Positions 47,061 to 55,129 of a stretch of 55,129 bases of DNA are shown one piece after another. The position numbers and the translations under genes were made by a program. The first letter of the stretch is position 1, and each line of letters starts with the position of its first letter. Location: positions 1 through 55,129 of the IMG/VR virus record IMGVR_UViG_3300042882_000260; one strand, given 5' to 3'. The stretch is from a virus (taxonomy: Duplodnaviria > Caudoviricetes). Below the pieces are notes generated by a model. It was not told the origin of the DNA and searched no databases. It saw only the letters and a list, made by a program, of their open reading frames with translations.

Positions 47061-47074
47061 AAAGGAAATATATC

Positions 47075-47416
47075 ATGTCATCAACCACCTTCACAGGTCC
47101 AGTCACCAGTTTAAATGGTTTCGTGGGCGCAATCACTGGCAATATCACTGGTAACGTAACTGGTAATCTTACAGGTAACGTAATTGGTAACGTAACTGGT
47201 AACGTAACAGGCAATCTTACAGGTAAAGTATCATCTACAACTGCAACATCAACAACATTGGGCGCAATTGCCAATGCTGTTAATACAACAGGCAAAGTTT
47301 TAGGCACAACACTTTACAACACAACAACTAAGACATTCTATGTGGCGCAAGGTCCATCAACAGCCGCTGTATGGATTGATGCTTCTGACGGTACAACTAC
47401 TATCTCACCAGCATAA
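47075..47416 (+). CDS. Head fibre/decoration protein with (GN[VIL]T)n repeat
   Basis: TTFTGPV start; about 8 tetrapeptide repeats. Confidence 0.7.
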   Translation: MSSTTFTGPVTSLNGFVGAITGNITGNVTGNLTGNVIGNVTGNVTGNLTGKVSSTTATSTTLGAIANAVNTTGKVLGTTLYNTTTKTFYVAQGPSTAAVWIDASDGTTTISPA

Positions 47417-47429
47417 TTTAATAATGATC

Positions 47430-47445
47430 GGGAGCTTCGGCTCCC
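47430..47445 (+). terminator. cUUCGg hairpin
   Basis: GGGAGC-TTCG-GCTCCC. Confidence 0.55.
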
Positions 47446-47473
47446 TTCATCTCTACTGATTTAGGAGAACGAC

Positions 47474-47893
47474 ATGGCAGATGCAGTAACAACACAAACA
47501 ATCCTTGACGGCGACAGGCTCGTCATTCAAAAATTCACAAACATCTCTGACGGCACAGGCGAAGCGGCTGTTGTCAAGGTAGACGTTTCAACTTTAGCAG
47601 TTAATACCAACGGCAGTGCTTGTACCGGCGTAAAAATTAACAAAATATGGGCACAAACTTACGGCATGGCTGTAGATATTCTTTGGGACGCAGACACAAA
47701 CGTAATCGCTGATACCATTCCGTCAGACGTGATGTACAAGATGTGCTTCTCAGACTTTGGCGGCATTCCAAACAACTCAGGCGATGGAAAGACAGGCGAT
47801 GTATTATTCACGACTGTTGGTGCTGCCGCTGGCGATCGTTACACGATTGTTTTAGAGTGCATTAAAACTTACGCCAACCCAACTACGTTCTAG
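47474..47893 (+). CDS. Virion structural protein (putative)
   Basis: MADAVTTQTI...FTNISDGTGE...FGGIPN; SD AGGAG. Confidence 0.7.
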   Translation: MADAVTTQTILDGDRLVIQKFTNISDGTGEAAVVKVDVSTLAVNTNGSACTGVKINKIWAQTYGMAVDILWDADTNVIADTIPSDVMYKMCFSDFGGIPNNSGDGKTGDVLFTTVGAAAGDRYTIVLECIKTYANPTTF

Positions 47894-47903
47894 GAGCAAT
47901 ATC

Positions 47904-48542
47904 ATGGCAGTTAAATATGTAAAAGATTTTAGTTTTGACAAATCATTTGGCTATACAGGCTCAACAGCTACTGGTCCGGTAAGCAATAAAGAACGCGCAA
48001 TGACTGCCTCTGCTAAAGCGGGAGCTAAGATGGGCGCTGGTGCAGTAAGTAACGCAGAAGTTGACACACGTAAAGCAGCCCAAGCAATTGCTAATGCAAA
48101 TAGACTGCCTAAACCACTAGCAGATTCAGTAATAAATAAAACGCCTCGTATTGTTGATGACTCAGAGCCAACAGCAGAAGAAATTAAATTGATGCGCCAA
48201 GCACGTGATTATATGCGTGAGGACAAGGCAACGTCTGACGCAGCTAAAAAAGAAATGGGTTTTAAAAAAGGTGGCTGCGCTACAGCGATTCACAAGCACG
48301 AAAAAGCACAGCACCCAGGTGAACCCCTCACCAAGCTTAAAAAAGGCGGCAGCGTGCTTGAAAAGGCCACTGGTGAGCGTTATGCGTCTAAATCAGCGAT
48401 GATGAAGCATGAAAAGATGGAAACTCCACGCATGCAGCGTGAAGAGATGATCCAGAAACGCGTTGTTAAGGGCCCAGCTATGGCTGCCGGTCGTGACCCA
48501 CGCGTTCCGATGCTTAAATGTGGCGGTAGCTACAAAAAATAG
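47904..48542 (+). CDS. Basic Lys/Met-rich protein with three GG motifs
   Basis: FKKGG, LKKGG, LKCGG; SD AGGAG. Confidence 0.7.
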   Translation: MAVKYVKDFSFDKSFGYTGSTATGPVSNKERAMTASAKAGAKMGAGAVSNAEVDTRKAAQAIANANRLPKPLADSVINKTPRIVDDSEPTAEEIKLMRQARDYMREDKATSDAAKKEMGFKKGGCATAIHKHEKAQHPGEPLTKLKKGGSVLEKATGERYASKSAMMKHEKMETPRMQREEMIQKRVVKGPAMAAGRDPRVPMLKCGGSYKK

Positions 48543-48574
48543 TAGTTTTATTTGTGCCAAATATAGGGCATAAT
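48537..48574 (+). promoter_or_regulatory. Putative late promoter, copy 3
   Basis: AAATAGTAGTTTT...TAGGGCATAAT. Confidence 0.65.
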
Positions 48575-48626
48575 GTTAAAAAATGGGCACGCTGTAACAG
48601 CTGCCATCAACAATCAGGAGTTTTTG

Positions 48627-49610
48627 ATGGCATTTTCTGGAACAGTGAGCACAACGGTATTTAACACGAACAAGGTGGTTGACCACGCCTATCGTCGTTG
48701 CCGTGTGACTGCCCAGCGCGTCACAGCTGAGATGCAAGGCATTGCAACCGATGCCTTGTATCTTCTTCTGTCTGAACTAGCAAGTACAAAAGCACCGTCT
48801 TGGTGTATCGAAAAAGTAATTCTTCCTTTCTACGAAGGCCAACCTGATGTGACGCTTCCATTAGGCACGGTTGACGTGTTAAACGCAAACTACCGTTACC
48901 TTCAGCCTGTTACAGGCTCAAACGTAGTAACCAGTACTGTCTACCAGGTTAACTTCTCGTCAAGCACAGTTGTTAGCACTGTCGGTATCGAGTGGAGTGC
49001 AGCAGCGGTACCCTTAACTTTCTCAGTATCAACCGACGGAAGCACATGGACTGTAGTTGATACTGTAACTCCTGTCGGCTCTGCTGGCACAATAACTTGG
49101 TTTGACATCTATCCCGCACTTGCTTATCCGTATTTTAAAATTACGGCAACGTCTGGCACACTAAACTATACAACCATTACATTGGGCAACACACCTAACG
49201 AGATACCGTTCGGTGTGCTAAATCGTGACTCTTACGTCTCACAAAGCAATCAAATATTTGCCGGTCGCCCAACCACGTACTGGTTCCAACGCGACATCAA
49301 CCAACCTATTTTGCACCTATGGCCGGCACCAAACCTAGCCGCTGAAGGCGCGCAGCTGATTGTTTGGCGTCATCGTCAGATCATGGACGTGGGTACGTTG
49401 CAGCAAGAGCTAGAGATACCACAGCGTTGGTACGAGGCCATTGTGGCCAAGCTGGCGTCTAAGCTAGCGATGGAGACAGACGCGGTTGACATGAACTTAA
49501 TCCCAATGTTAGACGCAAAAGCAGAAGTTGCATTGCGCGCAGCTTGGGATGGCGACAACGATGGCAGTCCGATTACGATTACGCCTAACATCGGAGTGTA
49601 TACTCGATAA
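48627..49610 (+). CDS. Head-tail connector with inserted beta-sandwich
   Basis: AYRRC...GRPTTYWFQR...LWPAP...PQRWYEAI; SD AGGAG. Confidence 0.7.
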   Translation: MAFSGTVSTTVFNTNKVVDHAYRRCRVTAQRVTAEMQGIATDALYLLLSELASTKAPSWCIEKVILPFYEGQPDVTLPLGTVDVLNANYRYLQPVTGSNVVTSTVYQVNFSSSTVVSTVGIEWSAAAVPLTFSVSTDGSTWTVVDTVTPVGSAGTITWFDIYPALAYPYFKITATSGTLNYTTITLGNTPNEIPFGVLNRDSYVSQSNQIFAGRPTTYWFQRDINQPILHLWPAPNLAAEGAQLIVWRHRQIMDVGTLQQELEIPQRWYEAIVAKLASKLAMETDAVDMNLIPMLDAKAEVALRAAWDGDNDGSPITITPNIGVYTR

Positions 49611-49912
49611 TGGCTAAATTTTTAGACACACGTGGTAATTCAACACTAGGCATAGGAATATGTGCTAGGTGCAGTCGTAAGTTCCCTATAGGTGAATTGC
49701 GTTCAGACCCAAATTACCCAAATTTGATGGTTTGCAAAGAAGACAGTGATCAGTACGACCCATACAGATTAGCCCCAAGAGCACCAGACCAGATTGTTTT
49801 ACCGTTTGTTCGTCCTGATTTGCCATTGAACACTAGCCCTGCTGGGGTGGTTAACGAGCTAGACAACATCTTTATTATCACAGAAAACAATGAAGGATAC
49901 CTCGTCCCATGA
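49610..49912 (+). CDS. Small Cys-motif protein
   Basis: GICARC...LMVC...D..DP...RPD. Confidence 0.7.
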   Translation: MAKFLDTRGNSTLGIGICARCSRKFPIGELRSDPNYPNLMVCKEDSDQYDPYRLAPRAPDQIVLPFVRPDLPLNTSPAGVVNELDNIFIITENNEGYLVP

Positions 49913-52239
49913 GCGTCCCAAGTAATTTAGTACCAACATCCATACTTCAGTTACCTGAAGACCCGTCTCCGTCTGATTTAGGCTGGATGATGTACGTCAA
50001 CAATGGCGTAACCTATAAAGTACAAGTAAATGCAGTATTAAACGTAACCGGCGTACCGTCAACACGTCAAGTTAACGCGGGTACAGGGTTGACTGGCGGC
50101 GGCGATTTAAGCGTTAATAGAACCATCTCTGTTGCTGTTGGTGGCATAGGCTCAACACAGTTAGATAACACGGGTGTCACACCAGGTGTTTACGGTAGTT
50201 CTTCCGAGTTACCTATCCTTACTGTCGACGCTAACGGTCGTATTACCGCAGCGACAACAACGTCATTCTCAGTTTCAGGATACGTTCCTGTCACTCGTCA
50301 AGTTATAGCTGGAACAGGTTTGTCAGGTGGCGGTGCACTAAACAACAACGTAACGTTAAACGCAGTATTTTCAAGCAGCTTGCCATTGGCATTAGGTGCA
50401 GCTGCCGCAGGGGTAGCGAACGTATCGGCTCGTGAAGATCACGTTCACCCTGCAGTCAACTTGGCTAGTACGATACAAACAACGGGTGTACTAGGCATGG
50501 TCAGTGGAGGAACAGGGGTCGCGCATACAGCCCCTGCCGCTGGCGCAATCGCTTACTCTGACGGGTCTGGTATTCAGCTGTCCACAGTCGGTTTAGCAGG
50601 TCAAGTTTTAGTTTCGCAAGGTGCAAGCGCACCTGATTGGGGTTCAGCGCTTATTGTGTCTGATCAGCCTGCTAACTACTTCTACGCTGGTCCAACAGCT
50701 GGTCCAGACGCACCGACAGCGTTCCGCGCAATAGTTAACGCTGACTTGCCTGCCTCTGGTGTATCAGCCAATACTTACGGTACACAGATTAATGTCCCAG
50801 TATTTGCGGTCAATGCTAAGGGCGTTATCACCAGCGCAACCAACACGCTTATTGGTAACTTGCCTAACAGCGCATTAGTTAATAGTTCAATCACCATTAA
50901 CGGTAACTCCGTCAGTCTTGGCGGATCTACCACTGTAACAGCTACAGCGACTAACGCGCTGACCATTGGCACTGGCTTATCAGGCACTAGCTATAACGGC
51001 TCTTCTGCTGTAACTATTGCCATAGCAAGCACTGGCGTAACGGCAGCGTCTGTTGGTTCTGCTAGCAAAACACTAACGGCGACAGTTAACGCGCAAGGTC
51101 AATTAACGGCATTAGCTGATACCAACATTGCCATCTCAAACACACAAGTGTCAGGCTTAGGTTCTGCGGCATTGCTAACAGCTGGTGCAGCTGGTGGTGT
51201 GGCAACCTTAGACGGCGGCGGAACAGTTCCTACCAGCCAGTTACCTGCTGCTGTACTTGGTGCATTGAAGTACCAAGGCACATGGAATGCTACAACCAAT
51301 GTCCCAACATTAACAAGCAGTGTAGGTACTCAAGGTTACTATTATGTCGTGGCCACAGCAGGTACAACCAACCTTGATGGTATCAACTCTTGGGCTATTG
51401 GTGACTGGGCTATCTACAGCGGCACAGCTTGGCAAAAGATTGACAACACCGACGCAGTAACAAGTGTTAACAGTTACACTGGCACGGTTGTTTTAGGTGC
51501 AAGTGATGTTGGTGCACAGCCAGTGTTCACCAGCCAAACAGCTAATTATGTTTATGCTGCCCCTGATGGATCAGCAGGCGTACCATCATTTAGAGCGTTA
51601 GTTTCTGCGGATCTGCCAGGTCTTTCTGGTACATACATACCTTACACTGGTGCTAACGCGGCAATAGATTTGAACGCTAAAACAGTGGTTAACATTGCCA
51701 ACCTTGGTGTCAACACAACAAGTGTACCAACCATTAAAATTAGAGCCATTGGTGATAATGACTCAACCTCTCGCATTGCAATGCGTGGTTATTCAAGTGA
51801 CGCCAACAGCTCATCAATGCGGGTTACTAAATTCAGAGGCACTGCTGGCGCACCTCAAGCGCCACAAAGTGGTGACAGCTTAGGTAAGTTTGAGCTTGCA
51901 GGTTACGGAACAACCTCTTCAGATGGCTACGCGCAAGCATCATTTGAGGGTGTTGCCACAGAGGCGTGGGGTGCTACAGCTAGGGGCGCAAAAACTTTAA
52001 TTAAGGTTACACCCAACACTACAACCACTCAAGTTACAGCGGTTACTGTTGACCAAGATAGCAAGGCAACCTTTGCTGGCGCTATGGCTGTTACAGGACA
52101 CACGACCTTTGAGGGTGTGACTTCTACAGGCGCAACAGGTACAGGGAACTTAGTTTATTCAGCGTCACCCACATTTACAGGAACATTAACCTGCGCTACA
52201 CTGGTAGCAACATCAGGTATATCAGGAGGAACTTTCTAA
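49909..52239 (+). CDS. Long tail fibre protein
   Basis: AGTGLTGGG repeats, TVDANGRITAA, AREDHVHP, YQGTWNA, VTSVN fibre modules. Confidence 0.8.
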   Translation: MSVPSNLVPTSILQLPEDPSPSDLGWMMYVNNGVTYKVQVNAVLNVTGVPSTRQVNAGTGLTGGGDLSVNRTISVAVGGIGSTQLDNTGVTPGVYGSSSELPILTVDANGRITAATTTSFSVSGYVPVTRQVIAGTGLSGGGALNNNVTLNAVFSSSLPLALGAAAAGVANVSAREDHVHPAVNLASTIQTTGVLGMVSGGTGVAHTAPAAGAIAYSDGSGIQLSTVGLAGQVLVSQGASAPDWGSALIVSDQPANYFYAGPTAGPDAPTAFRAIVNADLPASGVSANTYGTQINVPVFAVNAKGVITSATNTLIGNLPNSALVNSSITINGNSVSLGGSTTVTATATNALTIGTGLSGTSYNGSSAVTIAIASTGVTAASVGSASKTLTATVNAQGQLTALADTNIAISNTQVSGLGSAALLTAGAAGGVATLDGGGTVPTSQLPAAVLGALKYQGTWNATTNVPTLTSSVGTQGYYYVVATAGTTNLDGINSWAIGDWAIYSGTAWQKIDNTDAVTSVNSYTGTVVLGASDVGAQPVFTSQTANYVYAAPDGSAGVPSFRALVSADLPGLSGTYIPYTGANAAIDLNAKTVVNIANLGVNTTSVPTIKIRAIGDNDSTSRIAMRGYSSDANSSSMRVTKFRGTAGAPQAPQSGDSLGKFELAGYGTTSSDGYAQASFEGVATEAWGATARGAKTLIKVTPNTTTTQVTAVTVDQDSKATFAGAMAVTGHTTFEGVTSTGATGTGNLVYSASPTFTGTLTCATLVATSGISGGTF

Positions 52240-52838
52240 TGCCAGCACCAGGCTCAACGCCCATAATTTTATATCACAGCACGACTGCCTCTGCGGTTCC
52301 ATCCGCAGGCGATCTGTCAGCTGGTGAGTTAGCGGTTAACGTTACCGACAAGAAAATCTATTCTAAAAATGGCGCTGGTGCCGTAGTACAGGTTGCAGCA
52401 GCCCCTGGTGCTAACTCCGACATTACCTCGCTGACTGGTCTAACCACCGCACTAAGCATTGCGCAAGGTGGTACGGCAGCAACAACCGCCGCTGGCGCTA
52501 GAGCGAGTTTGACTGTCGTGGCCTACACAACCACCACGGGCTCGGCAGTGATGCCAACTGGTACAACTGGTGAGCGTGATGGCAGCCCTGCTGCGGGTTA
52601 CTTTAGGTTCAACTCTACTGCTGGCGCCTTTGAAGGTTACAACGGTACAGCTTGGGGCTCTATCGGTGGTGGCGCTACGGGTGGTGGCGGTGATACCGTA
52701 TTCCAAGAGAACAGCTTGATTGTAACTACAAGTTATACATTATCAACAGGCAAGTCTGCCATGAGCGTTGGACCAATTACCATAAACGGTGGCGCTGCGG
52801 TTACGATTCCATCAGGCTACTCTTGGTTGATTTTATAA
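52239..52838 (+). CDS. Tail fibre-associated protein
   Basis: GELAVNVTDKKIY; MPTGTTGER...RFNST...FEGYNG..W module. Confidence 0.7.
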   Translation: MPAPGSTPIILYHSTTASAVPSAGDLSAGELAVNVTDKKIYSKNGAGAVVQVAAAPGANSDITSLTGLTTALSIAQGGTAATTAAGARASLTVVAYTTTTGSAVMPTGTTGERDGSPAAGYFRFNSTAGAFEGYNGTAWGSIGGGATGGGGDTVFQENSLIVTTSYTLSTGKSAMSVGPITINGGAAVTIPSGYSWLIL

Positions 52839-52848
52839 AGGAACTATT

Positions 52849-53427
52849 ATGGCTTCATCAATAAACGCAATTACAACTGGTTCGGGTGGTGTCATCACTA
52901 CAGCCGACAATAGCGGTGATTTAAACATACAAAGCGGTGGGTCTACTAAGATTGCTGTAACATCAGCAGGTGTAGCGGTTACTGGATTGAGTAAGGCATC
53001 ATTGCCTACAGGTAGCGTGTTGCAAGTAGTTAATGCTACTTATTCAACACAAACATCTACTACATCTGCAAGTTATGTAGATACAGGCTTAACGGCAACA
53101 ATAACACCAACAAGTGCTACAAGTAAGATTTTTGCAGTAGTTTCTATGCCTAATTGTGATAGAAGTGGGGCTGCTAATGCAATGCTTTATTTAAATTTAT
53201 GTCGTGGTGGCTCTCAAATAGTTGAGGCAGTTAAAGCTATTGGTTATTCAGGGGGGTCAGCTGGGGATTTTTCCTTTTCTACTGGATTTACTTATTATGA
53301 TTCACCAGCAAGCACCTCTGCATTAACTTATAAAGTTCAATTTTATACTTATTCGGGGAATGGTACAGTTATCGTTCAATCAAATTCTGGCGCAAGTGTG
53401 CTAACTTTAATGGAGATAGCAGCATGA
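52849..53427 (+). CDS. Tail fibre tip / receptor-binding protein
   Basis: GSVLQVV...DTGLTATITPTSATSKI...DSPASTSALTYKVQ...TLMEIAA. Confidence 0.7.
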   Translation: MASSINAITTGSGGVITTADNSGDLNIQSGGSTKIAVTSAGVAVTGLSKASLPTGSVLQVVNATYSTQTSTTSASYVDTGLTATITPTSATSKIFAVVSMPNCDRSGAANAMLYLNLCRGGSQIVEAVKAIGYSGGSAGDFSFSTGFTYYDSPASTSALTYKVQFYTYSGNGTVIVQSNSGASVLTLMEIAA

Positions 53428-53681
53428 TACAAGCAATATACAAACTATATCCACAAGTGGTTCGCACAGTTGGCGATGATGCCTTTGATGCTGACGGCAA
53501 TCAAGTCACATACGACCTAGACCTAGTTCAAGCAGAACAAGCAGCAGAAGCCAAGCGTCAAGAGGCACTAGCCTACCTAGCATCTACAGATTACATGATG
53601 ACAGCAGACTACGACAAAGACACAACAGAAGTTCGTGCGTTAAGGGCTGAAGCTCGTAATGTAATAAGAGGAGTTAACTAA
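53424..53681 (+). CDS. Fibre assembly chaperone-like protein
   Basis: YLASTDY...RAEAR pattern; ATGA-coupled. Confidence 0.6.
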   Translation: MIQAIYKLYPQVVRTVGDDAFDADGNQVTYDLDLVQAEQAAEAKRQEALAYLASTDYMMTADYDKDTTEVRALRAEARNVIRGVN

Positions 53682-54752
53682 ATGCCAGTACTTTTAGCAG
53701 GAGCGACAAGCGGTGTAACGACTGTACAAGCTACAGACACGGTGACTGCTACAATGACCTTGCCATCTGTAACGGGTATTGTACCAACACAAGACAGCAC
53801 AACAGGTGCATTGACATTACCTACTGGCACAACAGCACAACGCCCTACAGCCTCAACAGGTATGGTTAGGTACAACTCAACAACTGGGTATATGGAATAC
53901 TACAACGGCACAGCTTGGTATAGCGTAACACCCATACCTATTACTCCTACTGTGGAGTATTTAGTTGTTGCGGGTGGCGGTGCTGGAGCAGCTGGCGGTG
54001 TAGGTAATGGTGGCGGTGGCGGAGCAGGTGGTTATCGCACAGCAGCAGGATTAGCTGTTTCAACAGGTTCGGCAATTACTGTAACTGTCGGTGCAGGTGG
54101 TACAGGCTTAACAGCAGCAAATACAACTGGAGCAAACGGTTCTAACTCTGTATTTGGTTCTATTACCTCTACTGGCGGTGGCGGTGGCGGTGGATGGAAT
54201 GGTACTCCAAATGCGGGTGGTTCTGGTGGCGGAGCTGGTCAAGCAGGTGCTGTTGCTGGTGGAGCAGCCTCTCCTGCTGGTCAAGGTAATGTTGGTGGTA
54301 CAACAGCAAATAATAATAATGCTGGTTGCGGCGGTGGTGGTGCTAGTGCAGCAGGTGAATCAAAAACAGGACCAAATTTAAACGGTGGATATGGCGGCAA
54401 TGGTTCAGCTTCGTCTATCTCAGGTTCATCAGTAACTTATGCTGGTGGCGGTGGTGGTTCTGTTCATGGCTCTGGCTCATCATCTACTGGCGCAGGTGGT
54501 ACAGGTGGTGGCGGTCAAGGTGGCTTTTCTACATCATCAAGAAATGGTGGCTCTGGTACAGCTAACACAGGTGGTGGTGGTGGTGGTGCAGGTGAGAGCA
54601 TGCTTTCAGGTTCAGGTGGTTCAGGTGTTGTTATTATTCGTTACGCTGATACATACGCTCCCCCTGCTTCAACTACAGGCTCACCTACTATAACAGTCGC
54701 TGGTGGCTACCGTGTCTACAAATGGACTGGTTCAGGTTCAATTACTTTTTAA
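53682..54752 (+). CDS. Glycine-rich virion adhesin/fibre protein, paralog of 185..1255
   Basis: Same architecture and same length (356 aa). Confidence 0.8.
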   Translation: MPVLLAGATSGVTTVQATDTVTATMTLPSVTGIVPTQDSTTGALTLPTGTTAQRPTASTGMVRYNSTTGYMEYYNGTAWYSVTPIPITPTVEYLVVAGGGAGAAGGVGNGGGGGAGGYRTAAGLAVSTGSAITVTVGAGGTGLTAANTTGANGSNSVFGSITSTGGGGGGGWNGTPNAGGSGGGAGQAGAVAGGAASPAGQGNVGGTTANNNNAGCGGGGASAAGESKTGPNLNGGYGGNGSASSISGSSVTYAGGGGGSVHGSGSSSTGAGGTGGGGQGGFSTSSRNGGSGTANTGGGGGGAGESMLSGSGGSGVVIIRYADTYAPPASTTGSPTITVAGGYRVYKWTGSGSITF

Positions 54753-54763
54753 GGATTTACAAG

Positions 54764-55129
54764 ATGGCTTATTTTTGCAAACTAGATGATAACGATGTCG
54801 TGATTGATGTCCACGCACTTAACAACATTGAGATGCTAACCGCTGAAGGTGTAGAGTCCGAGGATATGGGTAAGGCTTTCTTTATCCGTTGGTCTAACGG
54901 TCACTCTAAGTGGGTGCAAACATCTTACAACGGTACAATCCGTAAGAACTACGCAGGTATTGGTTACACATACGACAGAGTGCGTGATGCGTTTATACCA
55001 CATAAACCTTTCCCTAGCTGGACATTAGTAGAGGACACTTGTCAATGGCAAGCTCCAGTAGCTATGCCTACCGATGACAAAATATACGTGTGGGATGAGG
55101 CAACAACAAACTGGGTAGAAGCTGCATAA
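54764..55129 (+). CDS. Partner protein of Gly-rich adhesin
   Basis: WVQTSYNGTIRKNYAGIGYTYD...PFPSW...W.AP..P...WDE; SD TAAGGA. Confidence 0.75.
   Translation: MAYFCKLDDNDVVIDVHALNNIEMLTAEGVESEDMGKAFFIRWSNGHSKWVQTSYNGTIRKNYAGIGYTYDRVRDAFIPHKPFPSWTLVEDTCQWQAPVAMPTDDKIYVWDEATTNWVEAA
54945..55129. repeat. Right copy of terminal direct repeat
   Basis: 184/185 identical to 1..185. Confidence 0.95.

Noticed and set aside
1-55129. tRNA genes, introns, inteins or stop-codon reassignment
   Set aside because: None recognised by eye; core genes are uninterrupted and of normal length under the standard code. tRNAscan-SE would be needed to exclude tRNAs

Overview
Apparently a complete, circularly permuted genome (~54.9 kb plus a 185-bp terminal overlap) of a tailed dsDNA phage with podovirus-like organisation; no integrase is visible, so it is probably lytic. 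Plus strand: terminase, a large polyvalent protein, portal, GroES, scaffold, Mu-gpT-like major capsid, adaptor and tail/fibre genes (34.9-55.1 kb, continuing into 0.2-4.3 kb), a lysis region (4.3-7.2 kb), and tail tube/nozzle plus three large internal proteins (7.3-19.7 kb). Minus strand: small early genes (19.7-23.7 and 32.9-34.6 kb) and a replication block (SNF2 helicase, VRR-NUC, inserted nuclease, family-B polymerase, DUF2815 SSB, DUF2800 exonuclease), divergent from Cro and primase-helicase. Most notable: (1) a short [FYML]-[AKS]-x-G-G motif recurs about 17 times in five probable virion-internal proteins and sits at the borders of swappable cargo domains (ART-like, glycosylase-like, beta-rich, DUF6321-like), suggesting a GG-tagged cargo loading or processing system; (2) five adhesin genes share one N-terminal docking module, two of them six-bladed propellers with hypervariable loops; (3) a kissing-loop RNA follows the capsid gene; (4) three classes of repeated promoter/operator elements; (5) a nuclease insertion flanked by a 23-bp direct repeat; (6) strong AAA/TTT depletion in core genes. 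All family assignments come from motif recognition by eye, not database searches.
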